Positions 1 through 10,500 of a stretch of 64,000 nt of DNA are shown piece after piece. The stretch is from a virus. Its lineage: Duplodnaviria > Caudoviricetes. Position 1 is the stretch's first letter. Each line of letters opens with the position of its first letter. The notes below the pieces were generated by a model. The model did no database searches, had not been told where the DNA came from, and was given only the letters and a program-made list of their open reading frames with translations. Location: positions 32,001 to 96,000 of the IMG/VR virus record IMGVR_UViG_3300037781_000042. One strand, given 5' to 3'. A program made the position numbers and the translations under genes.

Positions 1-1
1 A

Positions 2-607
2 AAACCAGATGTAAAAATTCCTTTGAATTTAGAAATGAAGCTTTTCATAAACATTGAAAATTTCTTTAAACCTTTTACTAAAGAAATAAAATATGTAAAA
101 AGAGTTCAGTGTCCTAATTGCAAAGGAAAGGGAAATTCTGTAGAAGATTGTAAAACTTGTAATGAAAAAGGTTATCTTTCAAAGGAAGTAACTGAGAAGT
201 TTAAATTTCCTAAAAATGTTCCAGCAGGAGCTTCAATTAAATTTGAAGGATGCGGAAATGAATTTGAGGGAAAAACAGGATTTTTTAAAATTCAAATACT
301 TCCAAAAGTTGATGATGATTCTTATTATGTAGAATTAGAAAATAATAAATTTGATATTTATAAATTGTATGAAATAGATATTATGCAATTTGCTTTAGGA
401 TTTGAATATACTGTAGAAAATTTAGAAAAACAAGAAGTAAAGATTAATATTGATTCTTTAAAGGCTTTAGAAGAAACAAAGCAACATATTATTAAAGAAG
501 GAGGAATTCCGATAAAAGGAGGAAAGAAATCTGATTTAATAATTAAATTTAAAATTAAAGAATTGGATGAAAAAACTATAAAACATTTAAAGAAATTTAA
601 AATGTAA
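2..607 (+). CDS. dnaJ: DnaJ-like chaperone, C-terminal part (5'-truncated by window edge)
   Basis: Frame is open from base 2. CPNCKGKG and CKTCNEKG zinc-finger repeats, then a DnaJ C-terminal domain pattern (IKFEGCGN...GGIP..GGKKSDLIIKF). Confidence 0.8.
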   Translation, partial: KPDVKIPLNLEMKLFINIENFFKPFTKEIKYVKRVQCPNCKGKGNSVEDCKTCNEKGYLSKEVTEKFKFPKNVPAGASIKFEGCGNEFEGKTGFFKIQILPKVDDDSYYVELENNKFDIYKLYEIDIMQFALGFEYTVENLEKQEVKINIDSLKALEETKQHIIKEGGIPIKGGKKSDLIIKFKIKELDEKTIKHLKKFKM

Positions 608-655
608 TTTTATTAATAATGGGGGAAACATTATAAATAACAAGGAACACTGATT

Positions 656-1030
656 ATGAAGGTAGATGATATATTTGAGTTAATTACAGATGTAGAAAAA
701 CCTGGGACGATGATTAAAGATTTTATAAGAAATAATTTTTCTGAACTTTCTTCTGAAGAAAGACAAAAGTTATACAATAAAATTTATTCTAAATGGTATA
801 GAAACAAAAATAAAGATTATTTTAAAAAGAAAAATAAAGAGTATAGAGAAAAAAATCCTGAGAAAATGCGAAAGTATATGAAAAAATACTATCGTAAAAA
901 TAAGGAAGAAATAAGAAAAAGAACTATAGAAAATAGAAAAAAACTTTTTGAAAAAGATCCTGCTGCTGAAAAGGCATATAGAGAATATCAAAAGGAATAT
1001 AGAGAAAAACAAAAAGAAAAAAATTCATAA
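656..1030 (+). CDS. basic hypothetical protein with Y-x-E-K-N-x-E repeats
   Basis: ORF track. Lys/Arg/Tyr-rich helical repeats of the kind often found before phage HNH domains, but no nuclease motif is present. Confidence 0.6.
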   Translation: MKVDDIFELITDVEKPGTMIKDFIRNNFSELSSEERQKLYNKIYSKWYRNKNKDYFKKKNKEYREKNPEKMRKYMKKYYRKNKEEIRKRTIENRKKLFEKDPAAEKAYREYQKEYREKQKEKNS

Positions 1031-1037
1031 TATATAG
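1029..1037 (+). promoter_or_regulatory. putative late promoter AATATATAG
   Basis: Same 9-mer lies upstream of the capsid, protease and fibre genes; 22 nt before ATG 1060. Confidence 0.55.
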
Positions 1038-1059
1038 TTTATATAAAAAAATAAAAAAT

Positions 1060-1326
1060 ATGGTTGAAAATTTTGAACAATACTCAAAGATGAATGAAAC
1101 AGATTCTGAATCTTTGACTAGAAAAATAGAAGCTGACTTGTCTGAAAAGTTTTTTGAATTATCAGAAGGACCAGACGGTAGCGGAGAAAATATAGGAGAA
1201 TGGTTAGCAAATCAAATTGTAAGTCATGTTAAATCTCTTACTTACGGAGAGTACCCAGAAGAAGACGCAAGAGAATTTTTAGAAGATGTTAAAAGAGGAT
1301 GGAAAAAATCTGATTTTACAATATAA
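1060..1326 (+). CDS. hypothetical protein, candidate internal head protein
   Basis: N-terminus MVENFEQYSKMNE fits the shared F-x-x-(F/Y)...NE leader; follows late motif. Confidence 0.6.
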   Translation: MVENFEQYSKMNETDSESLTRKIEADLSEKFFELSEGPDGSGENIGEWLANQIVSHVKSLTYGEYPEEDAREFLEDVKRGWKKSDFTI

Positions 1327-1347
1327 AAAAAGATATAAAAAAAAGAT

Positions 1348-1773
1348 ATGAAAAACCAAATTAAACAAGTTAAAGATTTTCGTGGTTTTATAAACGAAAG
1401 AATTTCTAATGTTACTTCAGATTATTATAATCCTGATACTAATAAAAATTATTATGATGAAGAAGATACTGATAATCGTCCATTAACAGTAGAAAATTTT
1501 AAAACTACTTTTACAGGAGAAGGAGATTATTTATATTATAGTACTGAAAAAGGTTTTATTGCATGTGATGTAGAACCTGAAGGATATACATCTCCTGAAA
1601 ATACAGAAAATTATACTGGAGTAAGTTATTTTAAAGGAAATAAAGAAGTAGAAGAATGTATTAAAGAAAAATATGATTTAAAAGTTTCAGATATTCAATA
1701 TGTTGACATAGAATATGCTAAAAATCATTTTTCGGAAAACGAAGAAATAATGAACATATTAAATAGATTTTAA
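1348..1773 (+). CDS. hypothetical protein, candidate internal head protein
   Basis: N-terminus MKNQIKQVKDFRGFINE followed by an acidic body. Confidence 0.65.
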   Translation: MKNQIKQVKDFRGFINERISNVTSDYYNPDTNKNYYDEEDTDNRPLTVENFKTTFTGEGDYLYYSTEKGFIACDVEPEGYTSPENTENYTGVSYFKGNKEVEECIKEKYDLKVSDIQYVDIEYAKNHFSENEEIMNILNRF

Positions 1774-1796
1774 TTTTCAGAAAATTAAATAAAAAG

Positions 1797-1830
1797 TAAA
1801 CTTTTAAAGTTTTAAAGGATATAATTAATA
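1797..1830 (+). promoter_or_regulatory. putative middle promoter (TAAACT-N17-TATAATTAATA) for primase
   Basis: One of four copies with identical 17-nt spacing. Confidence 0.6.
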
Positions 1831-1848
1831 AAAATTATATCCTTTTTT
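1814..1848 (+). terminator. intrinsic terminator overlapping primase promoter
   Basis: 13-bp perfect stem AAAGGATATAATT/AATTATATCCTTT, 6-nt loop, followed by T run. Confidence 0.55.
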
Positions 1849-1856
1849 ATTTTTAT

Positions 1857-2903
1857 ATGGCAGATTTAAAACAAATAATAGAAGAAGCATTACAAAAAAG
1901 ATTTGCAAATGAAAGATCTAAACAAAGAGTAGTAGTTGCTTCAGATAGATTAAATTTTGCATGTCCTTATTGTGGAGATTCTACTAAAAGTTCCTCAAAG
2001 AAAAGAGGAAATCTTTATTTAGAGAGCGCTTCCTATAAATGTTACAATTGTGGTCATTACTCTTCTCAGAAAAGATTTTTAAAATCTTTAGTAGAGATGG
2101 ATCTTTATTTTGAGAAGATACCTGAAAATCTTTTAGTAAATTCTAATTATGATGGTATTGCAGGATCCTTTAATCCTGCTACAATTTCTACTTTATCTAA
2201 TGACTTAGAAGAAATGGTAGAAAAATATTCTTTAACTAGAGAAAAGTTTAAAAGGTTATTTAGTTTAGTTGAAGTACAAGGAACTAAGATAGAAAAATAT
2301 TTAAATTCTAGATGTATTTTCAATTATGATAATTTCTTATATGATGAATTAAATCATAAATTATTCATTTTAAATAGAGATGCAAATTCTGATAGAATTA
2401 TAGCATATCAAATTAGAAATTTTAATAATCCTAATTTTAAATATTTAACATATAAATTAGAAACTATGTATAAGGAGTGCAGAAAGGAAATTCCTGATGA
2501 AGAAGACTTTCAGACATTAAATACTATATCAAAGTATTTTAATATTCTTAATATTAATATTAGGATGCCTATTACATATTTTGAAGGTCCTATAGATGCA
2601 TACTTTTATAAAAATGCTGTCTCTTTAACTTCTATAGAAACAAAACCAATTATAGAAACAAAAAGTACTCAATACTTATTTGATTGTGATAAAAGAGGAA
2701 ATGAAGAATCTAGAAAACTTTTAAAAGAAAAGAAAAAAGTTTTTATGTGGAGAAAGTTTTTAAAGGATATAAAAATGGAATATCCAAATCCTTACTCAAA
2801 AGTAGATTTCAATGATGTTATTATTCATTGTGCTCATAATAAATTACATCCAAATTTTGATAAATATTTTACAGACAACTCATTAGACATGATCAATATA
2901 TGA
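1857..2903 (+). CDS. DNA primase, T4 gp61-like
   Basis: Zinc ribbon CPYCGDS...CYNCG; TOPRIM motifs FEGPIDA and FDCD. Confidence 0.9.
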   Translation: MADLKQIIEEALQKRFANERSKQRVVVASDRLNFACPYCGDSTKSSSKKRGNLYLESASYKCYNCGHYSSQKRFLKSLVEMDLYFEKIPENLLVNSNYDGIAGSFNPATISTLSNDLEEMVEKYSLTREKFKRLFSLVEVQGTKIEKYLNSRCIFNYDNFLYDELNHKLFILNRDANSDRIIAYQIRNFNNPNFKYLTYKLETMYKECRKEIPDEEDFQTLNTISKYFNILNINIRMPITYFEGPIDAYFYKNAVSLTSIETKPIIETKSTQYLFDCDKRGNEESRKLLKEKKKVFMWRKFLKDIKMEYPNPYSKVDFNDVIIHCAHNKLHPNFDKYFTDNSLDMINI

Positions 2904-3592
2904 AAAATAATATAGGAATTTTAATTCCAACATACAAAAGAGATAAACAAATAATTAAAAGGGCTATTTCATCTGCAATTAGTCAAAGAAATTTCATTGA
3001 TTTAAATGAATATATTTTAAATATTTTTATTTGTTCTGATACTGAAAAGAAAGAAGAGCACGTAGAAGAAGCAATTAAAGAATGTTATCAGAATTCTTTT
3101 GATAATAAATTTATTTATTCTGATGATGATAAATTTACAATGGATTCGCAGATAATTACTTATTATGAAACTTTAGGTTATCATTCAAATAATTATGCAA
3201 ACGATCCAAGAAATAAATTAATTCAAATGGCATCTAAAAATAATATGGACTATGTAGTATTTTTAGATGATGATAATATACTTTTCCCAGAATACATAGA
3301 TGAATCTTTAAAAGTACTTTTAGAAGAAGATGTAGATTTTACTATTTCTCAAATACTTCATTTAGGACCTGTTAATAAAGAATTATTAGGAGAACCTCCA
3401 TTAATATTGACAGGAGAACAAGTAAAACTTCAACATATAGATACACTTCAATTTTTCTTAAAAATGCATGTTATGGAAGAACATGGATGGAATAAAGAAG
3501 AAGGATATTTAGCAGATGGATATACATTTGAATCAATAGGAGAAAAATATAAATACGCTTATACTAATAAGCTTTTAGCAATTCACATATAA
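2900..3592 (+). CDS. glycosyltransferase family 2
   Basis: ILIPTYKR start motif, RN..I...., and VFLDDDN DxD motif. Confidence 0.85.
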   Translation: MKNNIGILIPTYKRDKQIIKRAISSAISQRNFIDLNEYILNIFICSDTEKKEEHVEEAIKECYQNSFDNKFIYSDDDKFTMDSQIITYYETLGYHSNNYANDPRNKLIQMASKNNMDYVVFLDDDNILFPEYIDESLKVLLEEDVDFTISQILHLGPVNKELLGEPPLILTGEQVKLQHIDTLQFFLKMHVMEEHGWNKEEGYLADGYTFESIGEKYKYAYTNKLLAIHI

Positions 3593-3603
3593 AGGAGACT
3601 ACA

Positions 3604-3987
3604 ATGTCTGAGATACAAAACATATTAATAGATTTACCAGAACAAATTAAAAATTCTGAATTGGAATTACTTGATTTAAATGATAAATTATCTAGTACTA
3701 AAAAGGAATTAGAATCAATAGAATCAAGTTTAATGCATTCTATATTAAATGAAATGGATGAAAAAGGAAAACCTGTTTATTCTAATGCAGAAAAAAGAAA
3801 TACAGAGCTTGCAAAAAGAAGTGCTGAATATCCAGATACTCTTGATTTAAAAAGTAGTATTGATAAATTAGAAAGACAATCTAAAGAACTTCAAATAGAA
3901 ATTAAATTTTTAAGAGATAAACAAGCAAATTATAGAGCTATAGCAGCTTTTTCAAATGAAACTTTAGTTGGTGCTTTAAATAGTTAA
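3604..3987 (+). CDS. coiled-coil hypothetical protein
   Basis: Heptad-rich ORF with AGGAG ribosome-binding site. Confidence 0.7.
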   Translation: MSEIQNILIDLPEQIKNSELELLDLNDKLSSTKKELESIESSLMHSILNEMDEKGKPVYSNAEKRNTELAKRSAEYPDTLDLKSSIDKLERQSKELQIEIKFLRDKQANYRAIAAFSNETLVGALNS

Positions 3988-4019
3988 AACTATATTAATT
4001 TTTTGAAGTATAATTAATA
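3986..4019 (+). promoter_or_regulatory. putative middle promoter (AAAACT-N17-TATAATTAATA)
   Basis: Exact match to motif class; upstream of kinase gene. Confidence 0.65.
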
Positions 4020-4050
4020 TAAAGATTGTTAAATAATCAAGGAAAAACAA

Positions 4051-4623
4051 ATGAAGTTAATAATAGTTGAAGGTCCGGATAGAGTTGGTAAAAATACGTT
4101 AGTTTCAAATATAACAGATCGGTTAGATGATTATTTTTCAGTTCATTTTATCGGTCCTCCTGACGTTCCTGATCCTTTAGAGTATCAATTTACAATTCCT
4201 TTTAAATACAAAGCACAGAAAACTTCTTCTATTTTAGAACAAGAATTATCAGAAACTGTAGTTTGGAATAGATCTCACTTAGGAGAATACGTATATGGAC
4301 AAATTTATAGAAATGAAAATCCAGAAGATATTATGAAAAGAATATGGGAATTTGAAAAAGGACTTTTTTCTACCATAGGAAATGAAAATATTTATGGAAT
4401 TAATTTGTACGCAGATCCTGAATATTTAATAGGAATAGACGACGGAGAATCTTTTACAACAGATTTAGAAAAGAAGAAAATTGAAATAAATTATTTTAAA
4501 GAAGCTTTTGATAAATCCTTATTAAGAAATAAAATGGAAATTAACATTCAAGTAGATAATGGAAATTTAAAAACTCCTCAAACTATTTATGAAGAAGTAA
4601 CGACAAGATTTAATAAAATATAA
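4051..4623 (+). CDS. thymidylate/dNMP kinase-like P-loop kinase
   Basis: IIVEGPDRVGKNT P-loop; VWNRSHLGEYVYG matches the DR-x-H-x-S/G-E-x-VY kinase motif. Confidence 0.8.
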   Translation: MKLIIVEGPDRVGKNTLVSNITDRLDDYFSVHFIGPPDVPDPLEYQFTIPFKYKAQKTSSILEQELSETVVWNRSHLGEYVYGQIYRNENPEDIMKRIWEFEKGLFSTIGNENIYGINLYADPEYLIGIDDGESFTTDLEKKKIEINYFKEAFDKSLLRNKMEINIQVDNGNLKTPQTIYEEVTTRFNKI

Positions 4624-4648
4624 TTTTTGGGTTATGTTTTATATAGAG

Positions 4649-4685
4649 AAGCACCTATTATCCCCTTTGTAAATAGGAGCTTTTT
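4649..4685 (+). terminator. possible intrinsic terminator
   Basis: Imperfect stem AAGC-A-CCTATT/AATAGG-A-GCTT followed by T run. Confidence 0.4.
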
Positions 4686-4689
4686 CTTT

Positions 4690-4698
4690 AATATATAG
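4690..4698 (+). promoter_or_regulatory. putative late promoter AATATATAG
   Basis: Exact 9-mer upstream of clpP. Confidence 0.5.
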
Positions 4699-4731
4699 AA
4701 AGTAATCATTCATTCAAACATAGGAAAAAAC

Positions 4732-5334
4732 TTGAATAAATTATCAAATCCTTTAATTATTACTAAATCTCAGTCCGGAGAAAAAGCTTACGATTTACAT
4801 TCATTATTGTTTAAAGAAAGAAAAATAATGATTAATTCTGATATAGATGAAGATGTATCTCAATCAATAGTATCTCAATTATTACATTTAGATGAAGAAG
4901 ATTCAAATGAAGAAATTATTCTTTTTATAAATTCTCCTGGTGGAAGTGTTACTGACGGTTTAGCAATTTATGATACTATTCAATTTATAGATGCTCCAGT
5001 TACTACAGTATGTGTAGGTCTTGCTGCTTCAATGGCCCAAGTTTTATTATGCGCAGGAGAACCTGGAAGAAGATTTTCTTTTCCTAATTCTAGAATAATG
5101 ATGCATCAGCCTTCAGGTGGAACTTGGGGACAAGGATCGGATATAGAAATTTATCATAATGAGATGGTAAAAATAAAGGATCTACTTTATGGAATAATTC
5201 AAAAACATACTGGAAAATCTTATGAAGAAATTAAAAAACACGCAGATAGAGATTATTGGATGTCTCCTAAAGAAGCTAAAAAATATAATCTAATAGATAA
5301 AATTATTAAATCTAAAAAAGATTTATTTAGCTAA
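4732..5334 (+). CDS. clpP: ATP-dependent Clp protease proteolytic subunit
   Basis: FINSPGGSVTDGLAIYDT; catalytic Ser (AASMA), His (MMHQPSGG) and Asp (DRDYWM); TTG start. Confidence 0.95.
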   Translation: MNKLSNPLIITKSQSGEKAYDLHSLLFKERKIMINSDIDEDVSQSIVSQLLHLDEEDSNEEIILFINSPGGSVTDGLAIYDTIQFIDAPVTTVCVGLAASMAQVLLCAGEPGRRFSFPNSRIMMHQPSGGTWGQGSDIEIYHNEMVKIKDLLYGIIQKHTGKSYEEIKKHADRDYWMSPKEAKKYNLIDKIIKSKKDLFS

Positions 5335-6696
5335 TTCTTCTTCTAGAACATAATAAAGAGTTTCATTTATATTTTCTTCATTTAGAAAATAATCATTATC
5401 AATAGATTTGATAGTATCGATTAAGAAACTTGAAAAGTTTGCTGTTTCTCTCAGGCCTACTAAATAAAGTAGGGCATTAGGAATACTTTCTTTTTCTTTT
5501 ATTATCATGATAGTAGAATCAAAATTCCAATCTATTTTACTATTAAAAAATCCTTCTAAATAATTTACTGTCATTTTAAATATTTCAGAATTTTTTAATT
5601 GTTGATTTAACATCCATAAATTTCTTAATATCATTTGGACAGTATCTGAATCTTGAAATGCTAATAGTTCATGCAGATGTGTTATAGTATGATCAGGAAA
5701 AAGTTCTTTAACATTTTCAGAAAGTCTTACACTGTCAACCCATTCTATCTCAAGGTCTTCATATAATCCTTCTCCATACACTTCATAATTTTCGATATAT
5801 TCTAGTATTTCATTCATAGGTATATTATCAATAGAATCATCTAAATCATGATAATTTAAAAATGATTCAAATACATTGCCTCTAGGTTTAACTATTAAAT
5901 AACCATCTTGAAATATTAAAGTACTATTTGCAGCGTATAAGAAATTATCAAGGACTGAATCATTATTAATAATTCTTTCTTTAAGTATTTTCCCTATAAC
6001 TTTTCTAGCATTTGTAAATGGAATGTCGGTAAGTTCTACTTCACTATCATATTCATTCATAAATTGGCCAGATTCAAAGTGTAACTGATATTTGTCTTCA
6101 GGATTTTCCTTGCTTATAAAAATATAAAGTGGTCCATCTTCTGTATATTCATTAAACATTGAATCATCATCTTTAGCAGCAGTACACCATCTAGTTCCTT
6201 TTCCATAATAACAGGCAGCATTATGAGTTTCTGGAACTATGACTAAAAATTCATCATCTTCATAGATAAGTTTAGCCTCATCATTTTTAATTTCTTTTTC
6301 TATGTCTCTATTTGATTTAGTTTCTGAGTCATCAAATTTAAGTACTTCTTTTGTTAATTCAGGAAGAGATTTATAATCAAAGATATTCGAAGAAAGACCT
6401 TTTTCTTTAAGTACTTTCATTCTACTTAATTTATCGAAAGATTTTAATATTTCATTAAATTTGTAAAGGTCTTCTTTTTTAACGAGTTTTTCGCTTTTCT
6501 TTCTAAGGTTTAACATCCATTTAGAATATTTTCCTATTTTTCTAACTTCTCCTTTATCATCTAAAAGAGTAGTTGGATCAGTTTTGACTATTGATAAAAA
6601 GGTTTCTTTATCAATTGAATTGTAATATTTATCATGAATTTCTAACGGAGTAGCTAATTCAAATAAAAAATCTTTAAATGGAAGAAATGTTTTCAT
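5323..6696 (-). CDS. conserved phage protein with YGKGTRWCTA motif (PcfJ-like region), candidate internal head protein
   Basis: Recognisable A..YG.GT.WCT...F..Y...GPLY...KYQLHF motif; N-terminus MKTFLPFKDFLFE. Confidence 0.65.
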   Translation of the reverse strand: MKTFLPFKDFLFELATPLEIHDKYYNSIDKETFLSIVKTDPTTLLDDKGEVRKIGKYSKWMLNLRKKSEKLVKKEDLYKFNEILKSFDKLSRMKVLKEKGLSSNIFDYKSLPELTKEVLKFDDSETKSNRDIEKEIKNDEAKLIYEDDEFLVIVPETHNAACYYGKGTRWCTAAKDDDSMFNEYTEDGPLYIFISKENPEDKYQLHFESGQFMNEYDSEVELTDIPFTNARKVIGKILKERIINNDSVLDNFLYAANSTLIFQDGYLIVKPRGNVFESFLNYHDLDDSIDNIPMNEILEYIENYEVYGEGLYEDLEIEWVDSVRLSENVKELFPDHTITHLHELLAFQDSDTVQMILRNLWMLNQQLKNSEIFKMTVNYLEGFFNSKIDWNFDSTIMIIKEKESIPNALLYLVGLRETANFSSFLIDTIKSIDNDYFLNEENINETLYYVLEEELAK

Positions 6697-6854
6697 TAAT
6701 CTACTTTTTCTATTTTACATTTTGTACTTAAATATCCTCTATAATCTAAACAGTATTTTCTGTTTTTATTAAATTCTTTTTTAATCATTTCATAACCGGT
6801 ATCTCCATCTGGTATTTCAATGACTCTATTTCTTTTATCCATTGTAGGTTTCAT
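6696..6854 (-). CDS. small hypothetical protein (52 aa, not in ORF track)
   Basis: Manual translation MKPTMDKRNRVIEIPDGDTGYEMIKKEF...; fills the gap exactly, with TAATG coupling to the next gene. Confidence 0.6.
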   Translation of the reverse strand: MKPTMDKRNRVIEIPDGDTGYEMIKKEFNKNRKYCLDYRGYLSTKCKIEKVD

Positions 6855-6856
6855 AA

Positions 6857-7513
6857 TTAACTAAAGTATTTATCATATAAAGAAGAAAGACCATCACTCG
6901 CATATTTATAAACCATTCCAAATAAAGAAAGTTTTTCTCCATCTATTTCAAAGTTTTCTCCACAAATAACTCCATTTACAGCTTCATGAACCATTTTAGG
7001 ATTTAATATTTGATCTTGAATATTGTGGTAAATTCCAGAAGATAAAAAAGAAGTTGATACTGGAAGACCTAAAAATTTTAAAATTTTGATAAAGATTTTA
7101 TCGCTTAACCAATATTTCATAGATCCTGCAATTCCTGCAGAAAATGCACTACAAAAATCTGCTTCTTTATCATCATCTAATATATCTGTTCCTAATTGTT
7201 CAATTGCATGAACTATTCCATAAGTGAACATATACCAAAAGATGCTTCCTTTTACCATTCCTAATTGTTTAGCAATCGGTGAAATGATTCCAGCAGAAAC
7301 TTCTATTAATAAAGTTCTATTGAAATTAATAGAACTTAAAAAACCTGTAAATTCATATAATTCTTTATCTGTAGTAGCAAGTTCTGTAGATTTAATTAAC
7401 TCGTAATTTTCTTTTCCGCCAGCTCTTTCTATTAACAATTCTTCTGTTATAAATAAAGTTTCGGGAATTGTATTTAAAGGAGTATTAAATTCTGAATATT
7501 GAGTAATTGACAT
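6857..7513 (-). CDS. hypothetical protein with hydrophobic segments
   Basis: ORF track; directly follows the minus-strand late motif. Confidence 0.65.
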   Translation of the reverse strand: MSITQYSEFNTPLNTIPETLFITEELLIERAGGKENYELIKSTELATTDKELYEFTGFLSSINFNRTLLIEVSAGIISPIAKQLGMVKGSIFWYMFTYGIVHAIEQLGTDILDDDKEADFCSAFSAGIAGSMKYWLSDKIFIKILKFLGLPVSTSFLSSGIYHNIQDQILNPKMVHEAVNGVICGENFEIDGEKLSLFGMVYKYASDGLSSLYDKYFS

Positions 7514-7532
7514 TTTTTTATCTAAAATTTTC

Positions 7533-7563
7533 TATAAACTATATATTTCTGCAAAATATATAG
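7533..7563. promoter_or_regulatory. back-to-back divergent late promoters (CTATATATT...AATATATAG)
   Basis: Minus copy 7539-7547 and plus copy 7555-7563 lie between divergent genes; 30 nt are identical to 44865-44894. Confidence 0.65.
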
Positions 7564-7588
7564 ACTATATTGTATAAAGTAGAATTAC

Positions 7589-10500
7589 GTGAGTAACCAA
7601 AAGAAATATTATTCAGATATAAATCTTCTTAAAAATTATTTAAGAAATGTTAAAATAGATTCAAAAGATAATCCCCAAACTTCAGATGTAGAAGTAAATG
7701 AAGTATTTTTTAAAGATGGAGATGCTTCTAATTTGTGGACTTATAATGGATCAGAAATTGTTAAAATAGGATCTCAAGCAACTGTAAATTCATTTACAAT
7801 TGACGAAGATCTAGATTTAAACGATTTTAAAATAATTAATGTGGCAGAACCAGAAGATCCAAATGATGTAGTTACTTTACAGTATTTCCAAGATTATATT
7901 AATTCTACAGATGCTTTTGATTTAGCAAATTCTACAATAACATATACAGATTCTATTGCTTTAGATTCTGATATTAATCATCTTGATAATATGATGTTAA
8001 TAGATGCTGCTATTGTAGCTTCTATTGAAGCACCTACAAAATTAGAAAATTCTACTTTTTCTGTAAGTGCTGAAACATTTGAAGCAAAGCTTCCTTCAGG
8101 ATTAAATGCCAGTTGGTATACCGAAGATTCTGCCGGAGATACAATAGAAAATTATGTCACAGTTCCAAACATTTCTTTAGATGTAAGTTTTCTTTCTGGA
8201 GTATATTCAGATTCCAATACTTATGGAAACGTTTCTGTTGTATTAGACGGTTCTTTAAATGCCACAATATTAGATGTTGCAACTTTAGAAGATAATAATT
8301 ATTCTTCTGGAAGATTAGATGCAAATGTTCAATTATTATCTAATGATGAATATTCTGAATATTGGAATGAATTATCTACTAAATCTAATTTAACTATAAA
8401 AGATGAAGGTGTAATTAAGTTTCAATTAATCTCAAGTAAAACTGGGGATGGACCAATACAAAAATTGTATTATGATGATGAAACTTCTATCCCATCTTTT
8501 TCAGCTGCTTTAACAGCTACTCCAGATACTGAAGTTTATAAATATTTATCTAATGTTTCTTATTATAAAGTAGGAACTACTATAGATTATGGATATACAG
8601 CAGCTTCTGGTATTTATAATAAATCTTATCATCCTACAGAAGTTTCTAAAGTTTATATTAATTCAAAATCTTTTGATGATATAATTCATAATCCAGTAGG
8701 AACTCCAGCATATAATGATACTTTAGTAGTTTCTGATACTGCGACAATTGATGTAGTAGATACTACAACAGGGTTATTGAAAGGAACCGTTTATGCTAAA
8801 TTACAGAAACCTGATGGCCAAGAAGCAGTAGATTTTGTAGAACTTTCTAAAGGAATAAATACGTATGGAGATGAGGCTACAAATTTAGAAGAATACTTCT
8901 TAGATGAAAGTTATAGATTAGAGCTTGGAGGAGAAGTAGCATGGGATTCTGAAACTTCATTTGATGATGCAGATGGAGGACCAGACGCTCAAGTAAAAAA
9001 TGGATATTTACTATATCCTATAGCAGCAGATTATGGAAATAGTCCTACTGGAAATAAAGAATATAATAGAAGATTTTATCCTGGTGTTCCTGTAAATTCA
9101 GCATATTTAAAATTTGAAGGAATTAATATTACTGATATTTCTCCTTATGGAACAGGATCTTTAAATGTATTAATAGAATTAACTGATCAATCAGTATTTT
9201 ATGATTTAGGAAAATCTACTGGAGGAGGAGATGGTTCTTCAAGAGCAGATTCTATTCCAGGACAAGAACAGATATTAAAAGATAATATTGTTAATTTTAC
9301 TTTACTTACTAATTCTACGGGATTAGAATCTACTGAATCGTATAAATTAATTGTTATCTTTAGAGATAATTCTCATACCCTAACTTCTATAATCCATTAC
9401 GATACTTTCTTTGATGTAAGTTCAGATGAAGATAATGAATTTGGTATTAGAGGACCTCAAGGTAACCAAGGAGCTGCCGGAGCAGATGGGAGTTCCGGAC
9501 CACAAGGAAATGACGCAAATTTAACGGGTGCTACAGGTGCACAAGGTGTACAAGGGAATCAAGGATGGCAAGGTGAGATTGGATTTCAAGGCAACCAAGG
9601 CAACCAAGGCAACCAAGGATTTCAAGGTAACCAAGGATTTCAAGGTAATCAAGGATGGCAAGGTGAAATAGGTCCGACTGGTGTACAAGGTACCCAAGGT
9701 AACCAAGGATGGCAAGGTAACCAAGGTTTAAAAGGTAACCAAGGAGATTTTGGTCCTACTGGCATACAAGGAAACCAGGGTAACCAAGGATGGCAAGGTT
9801 CAATTGGATTCCAAGGTAACCAAGGATGGCAGGGTGAAATAGGTCCTACTGGCGTACAAGGAAACCAGGGTAACCAAGGATGGCAAGGTTCAATTGGATT
9901 CCAAGGTAACCAAGGATGGCAGGGTGAAATAGGTCCTACTGGTGTACAAGGAAACCAAGGAAACCAGGGTAACCAAGGATGGCAAGGAAACCAGGGTAAT
10001 CAAGGTTTAAAAGGAGATACCGGTGACCAAGGTGTACAAGGTAACCAAGGTAACCAAGGATGGCAAGGTTTAAGAGGATTTCAAGGTAATCAAGGATGGC
10101 AAGGTGAAATAGGTCCGACTGGCGATCAAGGAAACCAAGGTAACCAAGGATGGCAAGGTTTAAAAGGAGATACTGGTGATCAAGGAAACCAAGGTAATCA
10201 AGGTTGGCAAGGTAATCAAGGTTTAAGAGGATTTCAAGGTTTAAAAGGAGATACGGGAGATACCGGCAACCAAGGGTTCCAAGGTAACCAAGGATGGCAA
10301 GGTTTAAAAGGAGATACTGGTGATCAAGGGTTCCAAGGAAATACTGGTGATCAGGGCGATCAGGGACCACAAGGTAACCAAGGTAACCAGGGTAACCAAG
10401 GATGGCAAGGTTTAAAAGGAGATACTGGTGATCAAGGTGTACAAGGTAACCAAGGAAATCAGGGTTTAAAAGGAGATACTGGAGATCAAGGGTTCCAGGG

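Noticed and set aside
632-639. T4-type late promoter TATAAATA
   Set aside because: Single intergenic occurrence noticed in very AT-rich DNA; structural genes use AATATATAG instead.
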